Source: Azolla caroliniana
Taxonomy: Eukaryota > Plantae > Polypodiophyta
Length of the DNA stretch: 64,000 nucleotides
Direction of reading: 5' to 3'
Assembly (NCBI GenBank): GCA_043228905.1
Contig: JBHGNT010000007.1
Location: 13,454,001 to 13,518,000, forward strand
The notes under the pieces are model-generated. The model saw only the letters and a list, made by a program, of their open reading frames with translations, had not been told where the DNA came from and ran no database searches. Positions 48,810-61,392 of this stretch are shown one piece after another. Position 1 is the first letter of the stretch. Each line of letters opens with the position of its first letter. A program made the position numbers and the translations under genes.

Positions 48810-51800
48810 AGGGACGGGCCCACCCATCATGGATTCCCAGAATCCAGCTGTCAAAATTATGCTTAAAGGATGCGATCTTCATGGATACATAATCGATGGT
48901 GGCTCCAGCGTGAAGTCATCAGTGAAGCCACATGTCACACCCTTGGTCTGAACCAATGGGAACCTTGCCCCTTTTGGCTTCGGATGGCCGATACGTGATT
49001 GGTTCGCCCCATAGGGTTAATCCGCCACCTCGACTTTACGTTAGGAGGCCACATGTTCACTATCTCGGCAGTCGTGTTACGCCTCGAAGCTCCGGGCGCT
49101 TACCCAATGCTGCTTGGCTGACCCTGGCTGCGCACAACAAATATTAAACAACATTGGTAGCAGAATATGATCTCTTTCTGCCAGGGGAAGACCAAGGTAC
49201 GGGTAATAACAGAAGAACTCCTAACCACGCTCCACAACACCACACCCTTATACGCGGAAGGGGTACACATGCTCGACGACTTAGCCGACGAGGAGGAGGA
49301 TGACTTCGTGGAAGATCATCCCACTATCATACCCCTCTTCGAAATAAATGCCATTTTGGGTTTCAGCACACCACCGGACGAGGATGTCACGGCAGATTCA
49401 CTTCGCTAGGATGAGGTCGATTCCTCAACTATCGCAGAATTATGACAAGCTCGGGATGCGTTTGAACGAGAACTCACCATCTCCCAACGAGTCCAAGCAC
49501 GAACGCTCGAGTCACTGAACCTCGGTTCCGACGAGAACCCACGTACACTACAAATCGCTAACAACTTACCAACTGACGAACGCTCAGCACCTGATACGCC
49601 TGCTCACGGAGTATCAGGATGTATTCGCATGGTCTTACACTGATATGAAGGGATTGGATCCCCAATATTACCAACACCAAGTACACCTCCTGCCTGACAC
49701 TGGGCCGGTCCAACAACGACGATACCGTATGAACCCCAACTACGCGGCTAAGGTCAAAGAGGAAATCGACAAACTCCTTTAAGTAGGTTTTATATGCATA
49801 GTAAAAAGAGCCACATGGTTAAGCCCAATCATTGTCGTCCCCAAGAAAAATGGAAAAATCTGCGTTTGCGTTGATTATCGTAAACTCAATGCCGCGACAA
49901 TCACGGATGGGTTTCCTCTCCCGTTCATGGATAGTGTCCTCGACACAGTAGCTGGTCATGAATGCTACAGTTTCCTCGACGGGTTCAGTGGTTATAATCA
50001 AATCAGAATGCACCCAGACGATAAGGAGAAAACGACGTTTGTCACGGAATGGGGTGTCTTCGTGGCCAAGGTAATGATGTTTAGATTAAAAACGGAACCG
50101 GCCACATTCCAACGCATCATCACAGAGATTTTCAACGAGTATATCTCGACTTTGCCGTCTATGGCCAGCAGTTGGAGCATATGACCCAGGTACGCCTCTG
50201 TCTTGAGCGATGTCGACAAGCTCGATTGAGCTTAAATACGGCAAAATGCGCGTTCTTGGTGACAAGCGGCAACCTGCTCGGGCACATAGTCAGCTAGGAA
50301 GGTATCACCATGGACCTGGATAAAAGTGCATGTCATTCTGAATGCTGCCGCGCCCTCTACCGTGAAGGATCTCAGCCAATTCCTGGGCCAGATCAGATGG
50401 TATAGCCGGATGTTACGACACCTGGCCGATTTCGCGACTCCATTGCACGTGGTTGTGCATCGACTTCCATTTCAGTGGTCTTCAATAGAAGACGAGGCTT
50501 ACCAAACCTTGAAGTTAATGCTCTCCCATGCCCCGGTTGTATAGCCACCAGTCTAGTTGGAACCTGTTCACGTCTTCGTAGACGCATCAGATATAGCCAT
50601 AGGCAGCGCGCTCATGCAACACACACCACCAAATTGGTACCGGCCAGTGTATTATGCTAGCCGACGACTCTCGGCCGTGGAGAAGAACTACTCAACAACG
50701 GAATGCGAGGCCCTCGGTATGGTCTACATCATCCACAAGTTCCGGCATTACCTCTTGGGCCGGAAGTTCACATTCCACGTCGATCACTCGGCTCTCCTCT
50801 ACTTGGTTGATAAGCAGGCTCTCACAGGTCGCCTGGCCCGATGGATGCTCTTGCAACAAGGGTTTGATTTTCAGATCCAGCACCGGCTCGGAGTCCAACA
50901 CATCGTAACTGACTACTTGAGCCGTCTCGAGTTAGGAGAACCAGCCGAGTCCACGTACGATGATCTACCTGACACCGCCCTTTTTAGTCTCGCAACGATG
51001 CCAGACGAACATGAAGATGAATGGATCACGGAGATGACCCATTTTCTTAGCACCGGCCTTCCTCCCGACCACTTGACCCTCGACGCTCGGAAACGACTAG
51101 CGGTTAGGAGCCGAAACTTTTGTTTGGTCTCCGACACCCTCTACCACAAACGCGTCGTGCAGTTCGTCAATTCAAGAGACACGCAATCCTCCAGGAGGCC
51201 CATCACGGAATCTCAGGGGGATATTACGCTGGAGAGACCACAACAAGAAAAATATGGTAGAGTGGCTTATGGTGGCCCACAACAAAAAAAGATGCTCATG
51301 AATTCTGTTGACGGTGTGATCTATGTCAACGCTTGGGACAACCGACCAAGCAAGCCCGGATGCCACACCAACCCATTCTTCCGTTAGAGCCATTTCAAAA
51401 GTGGGGGTTAGATTTTGTGGGACCTTTCAAACCAGTTGTGGCCCGCACTAGTAACAAATACATAATAGTGGCCATGAACTATTGCACAAAATGGGTCGAG
51501 GCTAAGGCACTGCAGGACAACACAGTTGCATCCACGGAAAAATTCATATACGAACATCTATGGTGCTGATATGGATGCCCAATTGAGCTCATTAGTGACC
51601 AAGGTGGGCATTTTATAAACCACATAATTCGCGAGCTCACTACACACTACGTGGTTGTGCATAAGAAAAGTACACCGTACTATCCTCAGGCAAACGGATT
51701 GGCAGAGTCTACTAATAAAATTTTGCAAACAATCCTGAAAAAGATCGTCAATGAGAACCGCACTGATTGGGATGACAAGCTCCAGAGTGCATTATGGGTG

Positions 51801-52345
51801 TATCACACCACATTTAAAACTAGCATTCAATCTACACCCTTTCGAATGGCCTTTGGTTTGGAAGCAGTCATGCCGATCGAGTTCCAAGTTCCGAGTCTCC
51901 GAGTTTAGTTTAAGCAAAGGCTACCCAAGGCCCAATCAGAGCAATATCGGCTCGAACAACTCCTCGAACTCGGCGAACATCGAGTGACCAGCATGGCTCA
52001 ACTGGAACAATGCCAGCGACAACGCAAAGCCTTCGTCAATTGTCACCGGAAAGGTACGGAGAAAACACTGACCATCGGCAAACCGGTATTGGTCTTCCAA
52101 ACATTACTCGGTGCTATGCCGGGGAAATTTAATTCCGATGGATAAGCCCCTTTTGGATAATTGACAAGTTTAACGACACATTCCAACTCGGCACACTTGC
52201 CGGAGACATCGTCAAAAGCTGGGTAAATGGATTCCGACTTCGACCTTACCACGGGAATACCCTAGATAATCCCTTCGCCGAGTCTCACGGCATGGACCAG
52301 TGCACGGACGACGCCACGAAGGAGGCCACATGTCCCCTTCGGTAA
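48810..52345 (+). pseudogene. pol: G3 pol, many stops and frameshifts
   Basis: [54 protein letters not shown]. Confidence 0.9.
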
Positions 52346-52854
52346 AATAATGACCTACCCACCAAATGTATATCGTAGGAATGGTTTTTAGCAGTTAAAT
52401 TAGCCTTACCTAAAACTACCTAACTAATCACCCCAAATCACGACATTTTCTTAGGTGCACCAACTAGTCACCTTCACTTTAAAATAAAATATTTAAGGAG
52501 CATGCACACCGGACATAGCACTCCTGGGACGTGTGGCCATAATACCTTATTATGGCAGCCACAACCAAGAATCTAAAGGATCTTCTCCCTACACAAAACC
52601 CTAGGTAGTCACATAAAAGAAACTACCCCACACACAACGCGCCCATTCACACAGAAGCGTTCTTTCCTTCACCGCCTTCAAGCTCCCAAGCTCTCTCTTG
52701 TTCTAATCGCTCCTACAAATAGGCCTCCTCTTGCCCTCGTAGTCCCTGCATAGAACAACAGTGTCCTCCCCAACCATCTTCTTCCATATCTCTATATCGC
52801 CCTCATCTCCTCGCTTCCCCTCACGCCCCCTGTCAACAAACCTTCGAGTCTACC

Positions 52855-55788
52855 ATGCCTCTCGCAGCATCGCAGGAAACATGTTCTTGGTTACAACAAC
52901 GAGGACTAGGCGGGTACTTACGGGTCATCGATGCCCCAACGCACCCGGACGCCCCAGCAATAGCACACAGAATCCACCCTGACACCGTAACCAACAACAT
53001 GATTCACGCGACTCTGGACCTTGCGTGAGGCGGAGACCATGAGGTCGAAATCCCTCCCCACTCGACCCTCAAGGAATATTTTGGGATGTATTCGATGTCG
53101 GGAAAAACTTACTACATGTATGGAGGGCCAAACAAGGTTTTTGGGGAGATCGCCCGGATTTTGATGGAATACGCATTTGTGCATACAAATCCCATGAGTA
53201 TGCCACAGAATAAAGCTGCCATCATCATCAGAGCGTACGAAGGCGAAAAAATCGATTGGGGAATCATCACTGGCGAAGGAGTCCGTGCGGCGCTCGAATC
53301 TTTTCAAACCGGTAAGTGATCGTTGCCTGTGATTAATCATTTCCTCACAGTCCTCTACCCACCCCCTTCGGTTTCCCCTCGTCGCATCCTGACCTCCCCA
53401 CCACCACCATGGAAACAACGGGAGAAGATTTTGGTGTTAACCCAGGAAGAATGGGAAGACCCCTCCCCTCGCCTTCTCCACCTCCCTTGGCCATTCGGAA
53501 CCATACTTCCGCCTCGGCACCACCCCCACCAAAAAACACAAAAGCAACGGGTGTTAATAGCGACCTGTGTCGAATGGGACGAGGCCAAGGAGCCCATCAC
53601 TGAGGATGTCACCATACGATAGAAGCCACCAAGGACATTGATGCCCTTTCCACAACCGAGCCCACACTCCACAAATCAGCAGTCGTCGGGCATACGGTAA
53701 CAAAAGAGGAAACAAGCCGAGGAGCCAACACCACCAGCCTCGGACTCACAAGATCAGCCGCAAAAGAGACGCCGCATCAATCGAGAGTCAACCACAGAAA
53801 CCGAGGGCACCCAACATCAGAAATCAAAAGAGGCCAACACGACCTCCACGGCCATGGTACCAGTGGAGTCATGGCTCCAAGTCGGTAGGATCGAGCATGG
53901 ACAAACCACGCAGATATCAGAGTAGGAAGTCCTCGGTTACAAAGATCTTCCCGCGGGGGCATACGAGTTCAGTGCACTACTTCAACTGGGCACAACATGT
54001 GAGTTAATGGATTTCCTCGCGCGCGCCCAAGTAGCTTCCGTTGCTCGTATGGCCGAGGAGCACGCGGAAACAAAGATGATCCAAAGCACTCTAATGGGAG
54101 AAATCGAACCTCACGAGGATCGAGCCTTACAAAAGATAGGGCGGAAGAAGCAAGCACAGAATGCTTCCCTCCTCATGGAGTTACCAGATCTGAACATGTC
54201 CTTAGTCGAGGCATATCACAATTTGCACCACACAACTCAGGCAGCCAAGGATATGGCCCAACGTGTCAAAATGACACAACAACAAGCCAAACGGGCCACC
54301 GAGCTATGGCAAGCCGCCGAGCAGAAACTAGCATCATTAGAGCAACAACATCAAGAACAACTGCTCTTAAGCCTCACTGCCCTGAGTAACGATGTCCCAC
54401 TAGCCCCTCTTCCGAACCCGAGCCTGAGTCCTACTGTTACCGAAGCACACAACAACGACACATCCCACCCCAGGGTTGTCACGGTCGATGCAAGCACAAT
54501 GACGGATTCGGTAGAGATAAGCGAGCCATCGTCACGGGTAGAGAGAAGCCCACAACCCCAAACCAACCACGCTTCCACGCAAACGTCACCACCACTTGTC
54601 TTCATGGAAAGATCTACACAGAGGACAGGGAACCAGCAAGCTGCAACCCAGACCGAACCTCCCCTCTGTGACTACCAAAAGGAGCTTAAGGCCCAGATCG
54701 CTCTGGCCGAGTTAGCAGAACAAAACCACAATAACATGATTGGCCAACTACGGGAACAAGCCGCGGGCTGTGAAGCTGACCTCAAGCGACTGCTTGCTAA
54801 AAGTTTGGCCGCACTCAAAGAACAAGAAAGAGAGGTGATGACCCTTCATGTCTCTATCACCGAGGCCAAAGAACGATTCATCAAAGAAGCAGAGAGGAAT
54901 AGCCAACGGGAACGCGAGCTATTCGCAGACAACCAGGAATTACGCCAACAACAAATGGCATTACAAGAATTGGCAAACGAGCACATGCAAAAATGGAGGA
55001 TCTCTGAAGAGCAAAGGGCGAAAATTTCCGATGCGTATCACTAGTTGCAAACAGAGCACATCGCCGTTGGAGAACGACATCGGGATGCTTGGAGACAGGA
55101 TAGGGACGAAACTGTAGCCCAGCTAACCAAACGGAGCAGACAATCGCGCTCATAGCCGAAAAAGCAAAAGATAACCAAGTTACTTTAGCACTCCTCATCC
55201 GCAAAAGCCAGCAGACGCCAAGGCCACAAGGGAGGAAGTGGAAGTTCACCGAGCTAGTATCGCCAGCAATTCACCAAGAAGATTGAGCAAACGCTTGACC
55301 GTGTTTGGCAGGAGTGGGCAGCCCAAACCACGGAACTACACATACTACGCATGGACGCCGAGAACCGAAGGAAGGAGGGTCGAGGGTTTTACAAGATGGA
55401 TGACACCAGCATCTAGACTCTCCGGGAAGACTTGCCTCAGGAATATCATACCTTAGCAACATTCCACACCGCGGCCATCGAACAATTTCTCAAGGAATTC
55501 AACGACAATCTAATGGTGTTCCGTTTAGAAGCCGAAGCTTACGAAGAGGAACTCCTTGCTATTGGGACTAACAAAGCTGCCACGACCGACAAGCAAGAAC
55601 CCAAGCCCACCCCCATGGAAGCCAGACAGGCGGACCCTGCCCCTACAGATCCCCACATCCCAACTGAGCCACAAACTAAAACCACAACCCTGCCTGAATC
55701 AGAACCAATAGAGGGCGGCGCACGCGACGACACAGCCATTCCCGACTCAGCAGCAAAACCTCCATCACCAACCCCACCTTCCGAGTAG
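52855..55788 (+). pseudogene. G3 ORF3 homolog, degenerate
   Basis: FGEIARILMEY..MPQNKAAIIIRAYEGEKIDW vs G1 FREIARVLHEY..MPKNRAGMIIATYEGIKVDW. Coiled-coil C-terminal half. Confidence 0.85.
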
Positions 55789-56352
55789 CTAGACCGACCC
55801 CACGCCCCTGAGAATATCCTCGGCATATTAGAAGAGGATTAAAACAAACCCATAAGCCCTTGTATAAACGAGCAAATTTTGTAAAGAATTTTTTTTGTTT
55901 TTGCAAAATCCATGGTTATCCCTCCACTTTGTGAATCGTGGGTCCGACAGACAAAGTCCTGTCCCACGAGCATGTTAGGTGTTGTCCATAGGCCAGAAAT
56001 ATAAATACATTATGTAAACTCACTGGTAGGTAGAATAGTAGGTGAGGAAATAGGTAGAACGCATCGCTGGTTCCCGTTTCCTGCCGCCACCATCCTTCTC
56101 ACTCGGTCTCACGTTGCCTTGTTGGCTTGAACTGTCGGTGTCTCCGGATCGGTGTGAGGATCCCATAGGACCGTCCTATCGCTGCCTCTGCCCTCGTCCC
56201 CTCGCCGCCATTGTCAGTCTCTTGGTCTTACGTCGGCTCCGCTGCTATCAGGAACAGTACTAAGACAGAGAAGGAATTAGTACTAAAAGAAGTATTAGTA
56301 CTAAGAGAGGTGAAGAACTCTCGAGAGAAGGAAAGAGTGAGTGAGAGGGAGG

Positions 56353-56401
<49 letters not shown>

Positions 56402-56684
56402 AGAAAAGATATATATTATGTGAAGAGAATGTACAGTAGTAGCTAGGAGGCTTAAGACTGGCGTTGAACTGATTTGGTTTGAAATAATGCCTCATGCCTC
56501 CTTTTATAGTGTTCTAAGGAATACTCCTAAAGTTTCTAGAATGTTCCAGAGAAATCTGGAATATACATCAATTTTCTATAATAAAACATAAATGAAAATA
56601 ATATTCTATGTATTACAATGTATAGTCTAATGGTCAAGAGCTCGACCCATGTAGCATAAGGTCATGGGTTTGAGTCTTGCCATA

Positions 56685-59600
56685 TCATGACACTATCCTC
56701 CCTTTAAAACGACGAGTGTAACGAGTCGTTTTGGATTGAGGACCCGGTTTGTCTGGATATTGATGATGGAAGTCTTCAAGAAGTGCACGAGCATTGGTGA
56801 CATTCTCTATCGGTTCCCAAGTACGCTCATTGGGACTATATCCTAGCCAATCGAGTAGATAGTAGAGCTTGTTGCGAACAATCTTGGAATCAAGGATGGC
56901 GGCAACCTCGTACTCAGGGCCATCTTCAAGCTCGATCAGGGGTGGAGGCTGTGTAATATGTCCTGGGATGGTGCTCTCTTGATAGGGTTCAAGGAGAGAA
57001 CTATGAAACACCGGATGTATCCAAAGTTGTGGAGGTAGATCGAGACGAAAAGCGACATCATTAATCTTTCCTATGATACGGAAAGGACCTAATCGCCGAT
57101 AATCCAACTTCTCGCATGGGCGAGTAGTCTTGATGTGCCGTTGGAGTAGCCATACCCGATCTCCAATGTTAAACTGTATGGGAGTCGATGACGATCCGCA
57201 TAAACCTTGTATTTTTGCTGAGCTTGTTGGAGATGAGTAGATAAATCCGCTTGTATCTTGCATAACCGCTCCAAACGATCCTCCGCACAAGGATTTGTGG
57301 ACACCTCTGGGGTTTCAAGTACACACCACCGGGGGTGACATCCCGTATAAGCATAAAATGGCGTAACTTTAGTCGATGCGAGGATAGAGTTATTATAGGC
57401 AAATTTGGCAAAGTGGAGAATATCTGCCCAGTCATCCTGATGATAGCTGAGAAAGCACCGTAGGTACTGCTCCAGCGTTTGATTTGTTCGTTCGGCTTGG
57501 CCGTCGGTTTGTGGGTGGTAGCCGGAGGAGAGGTTACAAGTGACCTTGAGCATTTTAAAAAGGTGCTTCCAGAATTTTGACACGAACTGGGGTCCATGGT
57601 CGCTAACGATACTATCGGGAAGTCCATACTTCACGCATGACAATTTCGGCGGTGTCTTCACTGGAGATTTCCTTAGTACATGGCAAAAAATGAGCCATCT
57701 TCGTATATCGATCTACCACTGTTAGAATCACATTGAACCCCTTAGAGACTGGAAGATCTGTGATGAAGTCTAGAGCAATGGATTGCCACGGCTTGCTTGG
57801 AATTGGTAATGGTTCTAATAAACCATATGGATGATGCCTTGGCATTTTCGCTCTACAACATGTGTCACAAGTCCGAACAAAATCTTCGACAAATTGTCGC
57901 ATACGGGGCCACCAGAATGATCGTTGTACTAAATCTAATGTTTTAGTACTACCAAAATGCCCAGCTGTATATGTGTCATGACAGTTTTGTACTACTTGAA
58001 GGCGGGAAGAACCATTAGGATCATACAAAAGTTCTTTAAAGAAGAGAAATCCATCATGGTATTTGAATTGCCGATAGTCCGTACCTGGTGGTTGCGGCTG
58101 TGAACACGACACTCGAGAGGGATCAATTTGTGCTAGTATAGCTTGGGCGAAAGCATCTGTCTTCAGGTCCGCATGTATGATATCGATAACGTGGGAATCC
58201 ATGGGCATGCCAAAGACCTGTGTTGCTTGCAGTTGTGCCGGTCCCAAGATTACTTGCTTTTGGTTATCGAAAGCTGGCTCGCCGGGACACGGTGCTAGGT
58301 ACGAACGCCGTGATAATGCATTTGCTTTCCCTTGATGTTTCCCAGGTTGATATGTAATCTTGAAGTCGAAACGCGTGAGAAAATGGGCCCACCGAGCTTG
58401 ACGTCGATTTAACACACGAGCGTCTTGAAAATAGGCGAGGTTTTTGTGGTCACTGAATATAGTGACTTGATGAGAAGATCCCTCTAGAAAATGCCTCCAT
58501 TGCATAAAAGAGTCCACTATAGCCAATAGCTCTTTATCATGAATTTCGTAGTTGATTTCGGCGGTGTCAAACTTGCGTGAGTGAAAAGCCACAAGATGTA
58601 GCTTTTCATCATTACCCCGTTGTGATAGAATGCTTTCCAATGCAAAATCCGATGCGTCCGCTTCAATGATGAATGGTTTTTCTGGATCAACGTGAGCTAG
58701 AATCGGAGCCGATGTAAATGCTTGTTTAAGATTCTCAAAATCCATGTCCGCTTCTTCATACCAAACGAACGATTGTCCCTTCCTAGTAAGTTGTGTAAGA
58801 CTCGGCAAAACGAGCTTTGAGTAATCCTTTATAAACTTCCGGTAAAAATTGGCAAAGCCTAGAAAGCATTGCACATCCCGCACTGAACGCGGAGTCTGCC
58901 ATTCTACCACTGTTTTGACCTTAGCTGGGTCCATGGAGATGCCTTCTGAGGAAATGACATAGCCGAGAAATTCCACCTGGTTGCACCCGAAACTACATTT
59001 TTCCAGCTTTGCATAGAGACCATGTTCTCGAAGTCGTTTTAGTACTAACAGTACATGAGAATCATGCTCTTCTTGGGTCTTCGAGCAAACCAGTAGATCA
59101 TCCAAATAGATGATTAGACACACATCCAAGAGATCTCGGAAAATATCATTTGCCATATGCTGGAAGACTGCTGGCGCATTAGTGAGGCCGAACGGCATGA
59201 CCGTATACTCGAAGTGCCCATATCTGGTGCGGAACGCGGTCTTCCATTCATCTCCTGGTCGGATCCATACGAGGTTATAGGCTCCCCCCGTAAGTCGATC
59301 TTCGTGAAGAACATGGCACCATTGATCAGTTCTAAAAGACTTGAGATAAGGGGGAGTGCATACCTATTTCAGATTGTAACCTTATTCAAGCCACGGTAAT
59401 CTACAACGAGCCGAAGTGAGCCATCCTTTTTCTTGACGAAGAAAATGGGTGCGCCGGCTGGAGATTTCGAATGTCGTATGAAACCATTCTCTAAATTCTC
59501 CTCTATATAAGCTCGAAGGACTTCCAGTTCGGTTGGTGACAAATTGTAGATCGGTCCCCAAGGTGGCTCTTTCCCCGGTTGTAAATCGATGGGGCAATCA

Positions 59601-60260
59601 TATGGTCGATGGTGAGGAAGCGTACTGGCTTGTACTTTATCAAACACATCGGCATACAGATGATACTTCTCTGGAAGTTGAATGGTGGAATCCTCTTTAG
59701 TGGTGCTGGAGGGGTTTACTGATATTGAGAAGAGGAACATTTCTTCCTTGCATCCTTACGCAATTGATGTAATGAAATCGTTGCAATCTCATGAGTAGAC
59801 CCTCGGGCTTTTCGATGCCGGATTTCTCTTGTCCTCCAATCTATGTCTGGGTTATGTAATTCGAACCATGGTAATCCTAAGACAATGGGGTGTTCTGGGA
59901 TGCTAATTATATTAAATGATATGACACATGCTAGATTATCTAGGACAACATTAACGGGCTCTGACTCTTCTATGATATTTCCTGAGGACGACCATCGACG
60001 ACTACTACAAGGGCAGGACACGGGAGTTTTCTGAGAGATATCTGATGAGCTTGGGCAAATTTCCTATCCATGAAGCAAGAATTAGCTCCGGAATCTAGAA
60101 GTGCTAAGACATGTACTGGAGGAGTACTTTTAGTACTAACTGTTACTTGGGCTACGAACACATTGCTAACTTGCTTAGAGGGAATGGAACCACTAATGGG
60201 TTGCACAGATCTAGGGTTGTCCAACCAAACGGCTCCTATTTTGGCTGGACTTAGTCGTTT
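56685..60260 (-). pseudogene. pol: Chromovirus pol with several frameshifts
   Basis: [55 protein letters not shown], chromodomain EYEVAAILDS..YLLDWLGY..TWEP. Confidence 0.92.
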
Positions 60261-61392
60261 AACTCTTCTTCTAACTGACTAAGGACATCAAATTTGTTCG
60301 CTAGATTTGGGCTATTAGTACTATTATGACTATCAGATATCCCTACTGAAATAGACTCGGGTTTAGTACAATCAGAACTAGCAACTATTTGGTTTACCTG
60401 CCTTCTTGGCCTATGGGGACAGTTTACCGCGATATGCCCTGGTCCACTGCAATAAAGACATAGTCGGTTTGCTCGGCGTCGTTGCTTTTCTTCTTCCGAT
60501 AGCGGTCCACGACGACGTGTGGTGTCAATTTCCATCGGAGTTGGAGTACTTGCTGGAGGCGCATTATATGACTCCCTCGGAAAGGTTTCGCTACCACTGA
60601 GGCATAGGTAGGCTCTGATCTTGCCCTCGGAATCTGGAATTGTCGTTCCGAACGTTGTTCAAAGAGGCGGTTGTCGCATCTCACCGCGCGACTAATTGCT
60701 TCTGTTAATGACTTTGGCTCTTCGGGGAAGGTCAAGAGTAAATCCTTGACATCGTTGTGTAAGCCATAACGGAATTGTTCCATCAATGTGTGATCATCCC
60801 AAGGGATATCGGCAGCGAGTAGGCGGAAATCTGCAGCATATGTGGAAGCTGGACCATCACCTTGGCATAATCGCCGGATTTTGTTGATTGCAGTCCTGAT
60901 GCTGTCAGTATCTCCAAAACAGGCCTTAAACTCACTTATAAATTCTTCAAAACTGTTTAATAATGGAGAATCCTTTTCCAATAATGGAGCAAACCATGCT
61001 AACATTGAGCCACTAAGGAGAGTGCCTACTAGTCCCACTCGTGATGCATCGGTGGGATATCGAGAAGGATGCATTTGTATCACTAAACGTACCTGATTCA
61101 AAAACCCTCTAAACTGTGATCGGGTCCCATCAAATTTTGCAGGAAGACCGATCTTGGGTTCTTTGTGAATCCCTTGAGAGCTTGATCCTTGTTGTTGTAA
61201 TGATATGATAGTCGCTTTGAGTTGTTGTACACGTAGTGTCAGCTCCCCGTTTTGTTGTTGTTTTTCTAGCGCTATTTGTTGAAGATCCCCCAACAAGCGA
61301 TGATTTTCTTGTTCTAGTGCTACAAATTTCTCTTTTAAGCACTGGAGCTCCAAGAAAACAAATTGGTATTCCTGAGCACTAACAGTTTCCAT
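60251..61392 (-). pseudogene. gag: Chromovirus gag (PEG10/RTL-like capsid plus CCHC knuckle), one frameshift
   Basis: [52 protein letters not shown]. Confidence 0.9.

Larger units (their letters stand above)
43921..56065 (+). mobile_element. Gypsy G3, degenerate relative of G1 with both LTRs truncated on their outer sides
   Basis: LTR end ..TTAACA at 44064, PBS TGGCACGCCCGG at 44070, gag ~44370-45030, pol ~48810-52345, ORF3 52855-55788, 3' LTR start TGTTGTCC at 55980. Confidence 0.82.
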
